The translations under genes were made by a program, and so were the position numbers. A stretch of DNA of 64,000 bases from Hyaloraphidium curvatum SAG 235-1 (Eukaryota; Fungi; Monoblepharomycota). Location: contig JAIVFI010000001.1 in NCBI GenBank assembly GCA_025558095.1, forward strand, positions 248,001 through 312,000, given 5' to 3'. Position 1 is the first letter of the stretch. Every line of letters begins with the position of its first letter. Below the pieces are notes generated by a model. It was given only the letters and a program-made list of their open reading frames with translations, had not been told where the DNA came from and ran no database searches. Below, in pieces: positions 26,851 to 37,481 of this stretch.

Positions 26851-27516
26851 CCCGGTAACTCGGTCCGAGACCCCAAGCAGCCCGCGTCCGCAGCGAGAGC
26901 CGTTGACTTGGGGCACCATTCCGTGCGGGCCTTCACGCTCGCCCGCTCGCACGACGGGCGACGCTCCGGCGCCCGCGAGCCCCCACATCCAAAGCCATCC
27001 ACCGCCTCTCACCCCGCTGGAGCGGAGGAGCAGGATCCTGAACAGATCCGGCCACGCGCCGTCCCCCCATGAGCTCGAATGGCCAAGCATTTCGGAAACT
27101 GGGACCCGCAATCAACACGTGGCTGCATAGCAAACGCAACAGGCCCGTCCCCGGCATCCTTGGTAAGCCAACGGTCGTGTGACAGGTGTTGTAGTGTTCG
27201 CAGCGCGAGAGCTCCCTGCAAAGGCGGCACGTCGACCGCGATGCCCAACGGCGCGGTTCTTGCCGAGCCGCGTCCCCGCCCGACGATCCCGCCGCCGCGG
27301 CTGCCAGCTCCAGAAGTCTCCGCACAGTAAGTTCGCGAGGGAGGAGAAGGGGGAATCCGAACACAGCCTCAGCGGGCCCGGGAATGGGAGACAACGATTG
27401 TGCCAACGTTATGCGGGGAGCTGCGGATGCCCACGCGTCCCTCGGCTCGGTCACCGACTCTCCGACTCCCCTCGGGCCACCACTGGAACGGCGCGATACA
27501 CGAAACAGACTCGCCG

Positions 27517-29037
27517 ATGAGAGCCGACGACGGGGCCGACGGGGCCGACGTGCCCGACGCGCTCCTCCCCGCCGCGGCCTGGCTTGCGCTGCTCCCCGGA
27601 CGGACGTTCCCCGCGCCGCCGCTGTCGCCCGACGAGCCGCGGGGCGAATGGGACCCCGCGGCCGACGCCAGAACCGCGCGTCCCCTGACCAGGGAGGATT
27701 TCGACCGCGCGTTCGCCGGCTCGCCCGTTCACCGCGTTCTGCTCGCCGGGCAGCGCGTCTTCCCGCCCATGAACGCCTACTTCTGGCCGCGTTTGCTCGG
27801 GTACACGCTGCCCGCCATCGTCGCATTCTGCTCGCCAATCGGCGACATGCTCTCGTCGGGCACCTTCGACGCCAAGGGGACAGCCGCCGGGGCCGCCGCC
27901 TACATCCTCGTCGTCCTTGCGCACGCCGTGGTGATTCCGCGGTTCGTCGGCCCGGCGGTGAGGGCGCAAAGGGTGCTCGACGACCATCCCTGGGCTTTTT
28001 TCGTCAGGCTTGATGCCCTCCGTCGGGGAACGTCGGCGGCCGGCACGAAACCAGACCTGGGGGAAGCTCCTCCGCCCGAAGCCTTCCTCATCCGCGACGC
28101 CCAGCTCCTGCACCACGAGGAGGGCGACGCCATGTGCCCTTGCGCGGGACCGGCGTGTGCCGGGTCGGTGCTCCGCCGGTCGGCCGCGCTCCAGTCACTC
28201 GTCGTCGCTCTCTGGCTCATCACGGGCAATCTGAGCTACAGCCTGTTCAACCACTGGACCCCCGCCGTGACCTTTGCGAGCCAGACGTGGTCGTCACCCT
28301 GGAAAGCGCTGTTCGTTGCGTATTCGATCGCGGCCAACTTCGCGGACTTTGTCAGCGGTGTGCTCGAGGTGCTCTCGACGGACGCCGCCATGCTCGACCT
28401 CGAAGCACGCCTGCGGCAGCGGGCGGTCGGGCTGGCGCTCTCGGACTTTGTCTCGCGTTGCTCGCGCGCCTGCCGCGGCGGAGCCACTGCCGGAGCCCCG
28501 CAATGGCCCGAAACGGAGCCGTACGTCGCCCTCCACGGCGCCCTGGCACCCTCCTGGCGCACGTCCAGGATCGTCACGGAGGCCACCTTTCGCGCCATGT
28601 CGCTCATTTTGCTGCTGGTCGCGACTCTCGCGCTCATTCCCCTCTTGGCCTCGGGCTGCGTCCCAGCGTACATGATCGCCTCGTGCGGCGGCTCCGTCGT
28701 CATCATCTTCCGCTACCTCATGGACGCCGTCTACTCCAACGCCGGCGTCGCGTCCACCGCGGCGCTGTACCGCCGCGCCCGCCTTTCGCTCTCCACCCTC
28801 CTCGCCTCGCACCCGGATTCCCCCACGGCCGCGCGGCTGCGTTCCCACGTGAGCCTGCTGGCCCGCTTCGAGACCGATTGCAACGAGGACCGCGCGAAAC
28901 TGGCCGGGTTCCAGGCGGGGTGGGGGACGGTCAGGGGCGCTTTCGCGACGGGGCTGACGCTGGGCGTGGGCTTGTTTGGGATATTGAGGGGAGCGGGGGC
29001 GAGGGCGACGCTGGAGGGGTATTGCCCGGTGACGTAG
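27517..29037 (+). CDS. Intronless multi-pass membrane protein; candidate 7TM chemoreceptor/ion-channel-like (GRL/DUF3537-like)
   Basis: In-frame ATG at 27517; about seven hydrophobic segments and no signal peptide; C-terminal AKLAGF…TVRGAFATGLTLGVGLFGIL resembles a 7TMIC TM7. The CDS is secure; the family call is tentative. Confidence 0.7.
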   Translation: MRADDGADGADVPDALLPAAAWLALLPGRTFPAPPLSPDEPRGEWDPAADARTARPLTREDFDRAFAGSPVHRVLLAGQRVFPPMNAYFWPRLLGYTLPAIVAFCSPIGDMLSSGTFDAKGTAAGAAAYILVVLAHAVVIPRFVGPAVRAQRVLDDHPWAFFVRLDALRRGTSAAGTKPDLGEAPPPEAFLIRDAQLLHHEEGDAMCPCAGPACAGSVLRRSAALQSLVVALWLITGNLSYSLFNHWTPAVTFASQTWSSPWKALFVAYSIAANFADFVSGVLEVLSTDAAMLDLEARLRQRAVGLALSDFVSRCSRACRGGATAGAPQWPETEPYVALHGALAPSWRTSRIVTEATFRAMSLILLLVATLALIPLLASGCVPAYMIASCGGSVVIIFRYLMDAVYSNAGVASTAALYRRARLSLSTLLASHPDSPTAARLRSHVSLLARFETDCNEDRAKLAGFQAGWGTVRGAFATGLTLGVGLFGILRGAGARATLEGYCPVT

Positions 29038-29156
29038 GGGCGAATCTGTCGATCCGGTGTGGAATTCAATGATGACGTGCAAGGTGCGATGGAACCGCGA
29101 CGGCGACAAATCGGGCTCGGTTCGCACCGCCCTTTTTCCCCCACGCGAGCCCCAAA

Positions 29157-29621
29157 ATGAGCTTCTGGTTCGACGAGCGCCGCTTCGAGAAGGTCAAGGA
29201 GCTACACGAGATCAACGCGCGGGAGTAGGCGGAGCAGGCCGAGCTCGCTCGCAGGCCCTCTTCCCGGCCTCCCTCCGCTCCCGGCTCCCCCGCGCGCCCG
29301 CCCCCCGCCGCTGCCGCCCCGCCTGCTGCCGCCACCGGACACGGCGCGCCGGCGCCCATGGAGCAGCAGGGCAGCGCGGAGACCCTCATCCCCGACGCCG
29401 CCGCCCCCTCCATGCCCGCTCCCGCGATCTCCCGCAAGGCCCGCAAGGCGCGCGTCCGCGTCGTCTCGCACTCGGCCGCGGACGAGAAGGAGTTCGATCT
29501 CGAGGAGGCCATCGGGGACGTGCCGACGCCGGGCCGCGACGCGTCGCCCACGAAGCCGAACCTGCGCGCCGCGGCCAGCCCTGTCAAGAAGCCGATCTCG
29601 GGTTCGCGCGGCTCCGAGTGA
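29157..29621 (+). pseudogene. Small ORF interrupted by one in-frame TAG (29226-29228)
   Basis: AAAATG start; MSFWFDERRFEKVKELHEINARE*AEQAELARRP… continues in frame to TGA 29621 with host-like codon bias. Confidence 0.5.
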
Positions 29622-29827
29622 GCTGCTCCTGGGCGATAGACCATGTGGTGGGCTTGGGAGCGTAGTTGCGTGCCCTTTGCACTACTCATGCCTCTATGCC
29701 CTCCTGCCAGCGAGCACGATCGACACGTCATCGATCGACCACGTCTCCGACACCGCGGGGGCTCGCAAACGCCGCTGCTTCGATTATGTAGTAGGATGAA
29801 TCTATTCCCCATCTGATCCACCTCGGC

Positions 29828-30838
29828 TCAAAGCTTTCCCGGCGTCGTCGGCGCGCCCTCGACCCCCACCGCCGCTGTCGCCCCCGCATCCACCGGCACG
29901 ATCGTCCCCGTCATCCACCTCGAGTTTCCCGAGCAGAGGAACACGACGGCGGCCCCGACATCCCATCCGGATCCTTCCGTCTTGAGCACCGAGCGGTTCT
30001 TGCGGGCTTCCCGCACTGCGGGCCTGCTAGCGCCGAGCCCCTGCTGCACCATCGGCGTGTACACCATCTGCAGCGAGAGCGGCGTGTCAGAAACGGCTTT
30101 TGCGGGCACGGGAAGGAACGTACACCAGGGCACACGCAGTTCACGCGTATCTTGTCCGGTGCGTGGTGAACGGCCTGAGAAAACCATTGATCAGAGCTCC
30201 AGGCCCAGCAGCTTTTCTAGCAGGTCCTACCATGGCTCTGGTCATGTTCACGACCGCCCCTTTGGACGTGGGGTCTGGAAACCAAAACAAGGCGTCTCCG
30301 TGAGCACATTTGGCTTCCCCGGTCAAAAGGACCCACAGAGAAGATGCGGGTAGCCACCCTTGAGCCCGGCAACGCTGGAAATGTTGACGATAGCGCCGCC
30401 GCCGCTCTTGCGCATAGCCGGGACCGCGAACCGACTCATGAGGACCATTCCCGTCACGTTGATCTGCAGACCCCTGCTCCACGCCTCCAGGTCGACGGTC
30501 TCGGCCGTCCCCTTGGGTCCTCCGATCCCGACGTTGTTCACGAGCGCGTCCAGACGGCCCCAGCGTGACATGCACGCGTCCACCGCGGCCTTGCAGTCTT
30601 CCAAGATGGTCACATCGCATTTGACGGCAATCGCCTCGCCCCCGTTCGCCTCAATCATCCTCTTGGTCTCCTCGGCTCGCTCCAGGATGGCGTCCGCGAC
30701 GCAGACTCTCGCTCCCGCGCGGGCGAATAGGAGGCACGCGGCGCGCCCATTGCCGACGCCCTCGCCGGGCTGCGCGCCGCCGCCGGCCACCAGCGCGACC
30801 TTGCCGGCCAGATCTTCGCCGACGGGAATGTCCGCCAT
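29828..30838 (-). CDS. Short-chain dehydrogenase/reductase (classical SDR), spliced
   Basis: LAGKVALVAGGG…GNG, LVNNVG, IVNISS. The catalytic YPTSK is rebuilt across the intron at ~30275-30336. The C-terminus reads TGTIVPVDAG. Confidence 0.92.
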
Positions 30839-31088
30839 GGCAGCTCGGGTTTTCGGGGCGCTGAACGCCGATCCCGTGGCGGGAGACAAATGTCGCATCA
30901 ACTCCCGGGCCTACACATACCTCCACTCACCCCACACCATCAGATCTCTAATTTCACAGGCGCTGATGATCCTCATCTCTGTGCGCACCATCAAGTGCTC
31001 GCCATGACATCCACTGCCACGATACCAAAGCCAAACCATGCATACAACTCGATGCTCCTTCAAACTATGTGGACCGCGATCCCGACCA

Positions 31089-33030
31089 CTAGTAGACGAC
31101 TCGTGCAGGCTTCGGCACAGCGGAAGCCGCCGCGGCCGCCATCGAGGGCACGTACTCGGCGCTCGACGACACCGCCCCCCTCCGTCTCGCATCCCCTGCC
31201 AACGCCCTCGCCTGGGCCAGGTCCATCTCCAAGCTCCTTCTGTCGATCCTGTCTCGCTCCGTCCGTCCCGTCGAAACCTCGACAACCACCTCCTCGTCCG
31301 CCTTGCCGTCCCCGTCCAGGTCCACGAGCATCTTCTTGAGCGCCCTCTCGCCGGGCACGGTGATCTTCAGCGCGCGGAACGCCGAGTCCGTCGTCCGCAG
31401 GACGAAGTCGTGGAGCCAGCGCTTGAACGAGCCCGGCTCGCCGATGTCGGCGCTGCCGGCGAGGTATTCGCCGAACTCGTCGAGCTTCTCGGCGCCGTAT
31501 GCCGACTTTTCGAGCTGCAACCGCATCTCGTAGCGCTTCCACACGTAGTAGGCGAGCAGCCAAAGGTTGATCACGAGCAGCAGGAACATGAGGATCCCGC
31601 ACAGCACCCATAACCACGGGAACGAGCCGGCGGGCAGCTGGACGAGCATGGCGACGTTGAAGAGCGCCCAGAAGGGCAGGACAGCCCGGCGGCAGAAGAA
31701 GTCGAGCTCGGTGGCTGTCGGATGGTTTGGATCGTCAGCGAATGAGCGTGAGAAGGCACATGAGGGGACCGACCAAGGATGTGGTTGCTCTCGCGCTTGA
31801 CGAAATGGTGGATCAAGGCGATCTCGAAGAGGGAAAAGAAACTGACGAGAAATGCGACGAACACGTACCTGTTTGCGGCAGGTTAGCAGGATCCACTTTG
31901 TGCAGACGCCAATGAACTCACCAGTCCATCAATGTCGCGTAGTTCACCATCGGTAGCCCCTGGGTGACGGAGCTGTAGAACGACACTGTCCCGGCACGCG
32001 AATCAGCGCAGATTGGGCCGCACGCGTCGCCTGACCCACCGATCGTGAGCACGAGCGTGATGCTCAGACCGAGGCGCTCTGGCACCGCATCCACGGAGAA
32101 CCAGTAGCTGACGGTCGTCAGGGCGACGAGGATCATCAAAGGCAGGAAAGTTTTGATATACGCGCTCCCGGTCTTCCTCGCGACCACGAGATTGAAGATT
32201 AGGGCTTCGTGCGGCGGCCTGTCCGCAAACGGCTGGTACGTGGTCCGGGAGGTCGAGAAGCTCTCGTACGTCCAGGCCACCTGGGTGAACTGCTCGCCCG
32301 AAATGGGCGGATAGACTGGATCTGTGTCCCATTCCAGCGAGACCTGCCGCGAGTTGAACGAATACGAGGCGACTTTGATCATCAACGTCTGGCGGTCGAA
32401 AGGGAAGTTCGCGAGGTTGTACACGCTCGTCATTTGCGCCAGGAAATGGCGCGCCCAAAACACGCCGCCGACGTAGGGCTGGACCTTCACGATGTCGTCG
32501 AGCGGCTCGACGACGACCTCATTAGCAAAGTAAACGTCCGGCGTCCAGACCGAGTGCGAGGGCCCGATGCCGTTGCCCATGCCCTGCGACCCCAGGAAAC
32601 GGTAGTCCGACCCGTTTGTGGCCGGAAACTCTGCAGGCGAGACGACGAGACGCGGGTCTGTCCATCTGAGCTTGATGGAGATGTCCACGGTGAAGGTACT
32701 CGACACGGGCTCGACCGCGTAGAGGTTGTTGATATCCAGCTGGACGACGAGGCGGTCGGGCGGTCCGCCGAACGATGGGCGCGTGGACGCATCGTACGAC
32801 GACCCGGGCCCGATGAGCACGTTCTGCAGCTGCGCCGTGGCATTCAGCGGCGAGTACCCGCGTGCTTCGAAGTCCGAGTCGGCTTCGCGTTCAACGAGGA
32901 GCCGCAAGCCTCTCCGCGGCGCGCCGTCCCCGCGCCGGGCGCCCGCTTGCCGCGGTCCGTCGGGAAAGCAAGCCGCGAGCGGCCAGAAGGCCGCCGCCCC
33001 GAGCAGCAGCGCTCCAACGCGGGCCCACAT
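31089..33030 (-). CDS. Pentameric ligand-gated ion channel subunit A (Cys-less Pro-loop), spliced
   Basis: Signal peptide; WTDPRL, WTPDVYFANE, YNLANFPFDRQ; M1 YIKTFLPLMILVALTTVSYW; M2 PERLGLSITLVLT; M2-M3 LPMVNYATLMDW; M4 LDFFCRRAVLP. Confidence 0.92.
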
Positions 33031-33338
33031 TTGCTATGTCCGTCGGTTTTGCGAAGCTCATCGGGCTTCCCGATGCCATCGGGGCTCCACCGGTGCCCTT
33101 GCGCAGGGCGTGCAGCCCGAAGATCGCCCGTGGATCGCGCTCAAGGAATCCCGCGCTAGGCCAGCGACATCTGGTCAATCCTGGACGAAAACACGTCGCC
33201 ATGGGCTCCAAGCTAAGTTTCCTTGGATTTCGGGCGGTATCGAGCAGGATGCCAAGCAGTTCGACGCAACCCGAACAAGGGACTTAATGACCGACAACGC
33301 GGGGCCACCAGCCGAGCCCCGGCTCGCGCAGCGGCAGC

Positions 33339-35293
33339 ATGAGGCCCCATGCCGTCCTGGTGGCCGCCGCGGCCTGCGTCGCGGCGGCATGGCCTTTCGC
33401 TGCGGCCTTTCCAGATAAACCCTCTTCGCGAATCGGGGCGCCCAAACCCAGCCGGCGAGACCGCCGGCTGCTCCTCCCGCGAGCTTTCTCTGATACCAAC
33501 GCCACGCTGGAACTGATTGACGTCCTGACGGGACCGGGGTCCGGGTACGATGCCTGTGGGTCCCGCGAACCGCCGTCCGGGACGATCCTCACCCGCCTCC
33601 GCCTCTGCCCCCAGCGACACGCCCGTCGTTCGGCGGCCCCCCCGACCTCATCTGGGTCCGCTTCGACATCAACAACCTCTACGCCGTGGACCCGCTCACG
33701 AGCACGTTCACCGTGGACGCTTCCGTACTGCTCTGGTGGACCGACCCGCGGCTCGTCGCGCCGCCGGGCGAGTTCCCGCCCACCAACGGGAGCGAGTACC
33801 GCTTTCTGGGGTACCAGGACCTGGGGCAGGGCATCGGGCCGTCGCACCTCGTGTGGACGCCGGACATTTACTTCGTGAACGAGGTCGTCGTCGAGCCTTT
33901 GGACGACATCATCAAAGTGCAGCCGGACACGGGCCGCGTATTCTGGTCGCGGCACATGCTCGCCGACGTGACGACCAAGTACGACTTGGCGGCGTTCCCC
34001 TTCGACAGGCAGAACCTGACGATGGAGCTGGCCTCGTATTCGTACAACGAGCGGCAAATCCTGCTGGAATGGGACCCCGTGCCCGTATACCCCCCGATCC
34101 ACCCGGACACCTTCACCCAAGTGGCGTGGGACTACGTCTCGTTCACGACCGGGGAGAAAGAGTACATCCCTTTCCGCGACCAACCCCCGCACCAGATGCT
34201 CGTGTTCGGGATGCTCGTCTCCCGCAAGACGGGATCCTACTACATCAAGAGCTTTGTCCCTCTGATGGTTCTCGTCGCCCTGACCACGGTCAGCTACTGG
34301 TTCTCCGTCGACGCGGTGCCGGAGCGATTGGGCCTGAGCATCACGCTCGTGCTCACCATCGGTGCGTCGAGCGCTCCATGCAGGCCGACCCGAGCTGACT
34401 GCCCCGCAAACAGTTTCTTTCTACAGCTCCGTCACGCAGGGCCTCCCGCTGGTCAACTACGCGACCACGATGGACTGGTGGGTCCGACATGTGTGCTTGC
34501 GGTTCGATTGCAGCTCATTGCGCGTCCCGCGCGCCCCGGCAGGTACGTCTTCGTCGCGTTCATCGTCTCCTTCTTCTCCCTCTTCGAGATCGCCCTCATC
34601 CACCACTTCATCAAGCGCGAGAGCAACCACATCCTCGGTCGGTCCCCTCGCGTACCTCCACGCGGACGACCGGCGTGCTCACACACCAGCCTGGCAGCCA
34701 CCGAGCTCGACTTCTTCTGCCGCCGCACGGTCCTCCCCTTCTGGGCCTTTTTCAACGTCGCCATCCTCGTGCAGCTCCCCCCCGGCTCCTTCCCCTGGTT
34801 GTGGTTGGCGTTCGGCATCGTGGTGCCCTTATGGCTGCTGCTGAACCTTTGGCTTCTCGCCTACTACGTGTGGAAGCGGTCGGACATGCGGGAGCAGCTC
34901 GAAAGGTCGGTCTACGGCCGCGAGCACCTCGAGGACTTTGGCGAGTACCTCGCCGGCAGCGCCGACATTGGCGAGCCGGGGACGTTCAGGCGCCGGGTGC
35001 ACGACACAGTGATCCGCACGACCGACGGGGTGTTCAGGGCGCTGGGGATCCGGGTGCCGGGGGAGAAGGCGCTGAAGAAGATCCTGGTGGACTTGGACGG
35101 GGACGGCAAGCCGGAGGAGGTGGTGGTGGAGGAGGCCGGACCGTCGACGGAAAGGGAGCGGATCGACAGGCGGAGCATGGAGCTGGACCTCGCCAAGGCG
35201 AGGGCGTTGACGGGAGATGCGAGGAGGAGGGGGACGGGGGACAAGCCGGACAGATCGGCGGACGGGACGGGCGAGGGGGGCGGGTTCTGGTAG
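33339..35293 (+). CDS. Pentameric ligand-gated ion channel subunit B (paralog of A), spliced; first intron 33556-33614
   Basis: Same motifs: WTPDIYFVNE, YDLAAFPFDRQ, PERLGLSITLVLT, LPLVNYATTMDW. Three further short introns lie near 34362, 34478 and 34638. Confidence 0.92.
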
Positions 35294-35980
35294 TCTTTTG
35301 GTGTTGGCCGGGCCGATACAGGTCATCATTCCGGAGCGAGCGGCACCGTTCTCCGCCGTCGAACCACCGTCGTTTTCCTCCCCGCCGATCCCCCGACTTG
35401 CCGTCGCCGCCCTGGGGAAGGGGGAACCCACCCTGAAGCGGTCCAGACCGCGACGCTTCGTCATCGGCGGCGGCGAGTCGCTTTCGTCGGTGCTTCGTCC
35501 ACTTGCTCCAGCCCGGTGCGCGACACCGCTCCCCGGACCGGTGGATCCTACATTTGGAGGACGCAGGGTGGGATCGTCCTCTCTGACGTCGTTGATGTGG
35601 TGTTGCGTTCGACGGAAGTCCCATCTGATTCTCGATGCTCACGTAATCATCTTGGGTTCTTCCGTGCGCGGTCCCAACACCCAACGGACGCACGGCGAGC
35701 AAAATAGACCACCAGGTAATGATTAGCGAGGCTCTCCGACTGGAGAGCGCAGGTTGGAGTTGCATGGAGCGGGGGGGAAGCCGGAAGTGATCAACGCGTG
35801 CACGAATTTTGAGGGACAGACCGTCAGCCCCGCGAGGGCTGGGCATTCAAGGGAAAAGCAGGACGTCGAGCAGTCACATTTTACACCGCCGCTTCGCGAT
35901 CCGCGCCGTCACCTCCGCCGCAACCGCCGCCTCGCCTCCGGGCCCCTCAGCCGCCCCGCCCCGACCCGCGCCCGCCCGCC

Positions 35981-37120
35981 ATGAGCCTCGTCGCACCCGC
36001 CGCGGCGCCCGCGCCCCCCGCCGGCGACGCGCACTCCGCCGCCGCCGCCATCGCCGCGGCCCTCCGCGCCTCGCAGCCGCCGCCGCCGCCGATCGATGCG
36101 GCGTACCTCGCCGCGCTGCTCGGCGCCCCGCCGCACGCCGGCCAGCCCGCCCACACCGCGCCGTCGTACTTTACGCAGGCGGCCCCCGCGCCGCTGCTGT
36201 TCGCCTACGGCATGCCGTCGCCCGCCCCGTCGCCCGAGCTCGCGTGCGCCGGTCAGCCGCTGCACCCCGCCGAGTACTGGGGCGCCGTGGACACCTCGCT
36301 GGCCGCACTCGGCGGCCTCCAATCCTGGGGCGCCCCCGCCCTCGCTGGCTGGCCAGGCGATCTGTCGGCGGACTTTGACGCGTACTTTGACTGCGGCGAC
36401 GACGCCCAGCCCGCCATCCAGCCCCACACCATCGACCCCCGCCTGATCGACGACTCGGCCGCATCGCTCGCCACGCTGTTCGACCCCGCGTGGGGCGACG
36501 CGATGCCCGCAGACATCGACGAGGCCCTGCGCTTCATCCTCGCCGGCAGCGCCGACGCCACGATCGCCCCGCAGTCCCTCGCCTCGCCCCCCCTCTCGCC
36601 CGTCTTCGACAAGCCGCAGCTCCCGGCACGCTCGTCCAGCGCAGACACCGTCGTCGGCGACCGCCTCCCCGGCGACGACGCCCCCGCCTCGCCCGCCGAA
36701 TCGTCGTCCGGCTCCGAGTACCGCTCCGCCGGCACCCGCTCGCGCCCCGCCCGCCAGCGCAAGCAGCCGCAGAGCCCGGTGCGCTCCCGCGGGGGCGGCA
36801 TCGCGAGGCACAAGAAGCACGCCTGCCCGACCTGCGGCGCCGCCTTCTTCTCCTCCGGGGTGAGCACCATTGATCGACTGTCCGATCACCGTGATTGAGG
36901 CTGACGCTCGCTCCCCTTCATCCAGCACCTCTCGCGGCACAAGTACATCCACGAGCCCGCCGAGAAGAAGCCGCACCCGTGCCCGATCCCCGGCTGCGGC
37001 CGCCGCTTCGCCCGCTCCGACAACATGAAAGTGCATTACAAATCGCACCTGCTCCGCGTGACCGCGGCGGCGGGGGGCGCGGCGCCGGCGGCCGAGGAGG
37101 CCGATTTCGGGGAGGAGTGA
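35981..37120 (+). CDS. C2H2 zinc-finger transcription factor (two fingers), intron ~36860-36925
   Basis: HACPTCGAAFFSSG|HLSRHKYIH and KPHPCPIPGCGRRFARSDNMKVHYKSH. Confidence 0.9.
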
Positions 37121-37481
37121 TCTGTGATCTGGGGTATTGGAAGCATCACGCGGCGCCGCCGCCGATCGCGTCTGGGGAATGTCATCGTGTTGATGGACCA
37201 CGAGCGGGTGTACATATCTATCTATAAAGTAGTCTGCGTCATTTTCCCGCCGTTCTTGGTGTGCGAGGAGTCGTGGGGGCATGTTTAGTAAGCCCGATCG
37301 ATCTGGGCCGTGTCCCTCTCGGGCTCGGTGTCCCTCTACCGCGCGTCCGCCCTATCGCGGCGGCTCCCCGTCGACACTGCCTTTCAAAGGACTACGTCAC
37401 ACTCGTCGCCCGGAACGCTTCGATTAGTGACCGTCCTACATCGTCGGTCTTTTCGCCAGCGGCCTTGCCGGCCCGCCCCTT

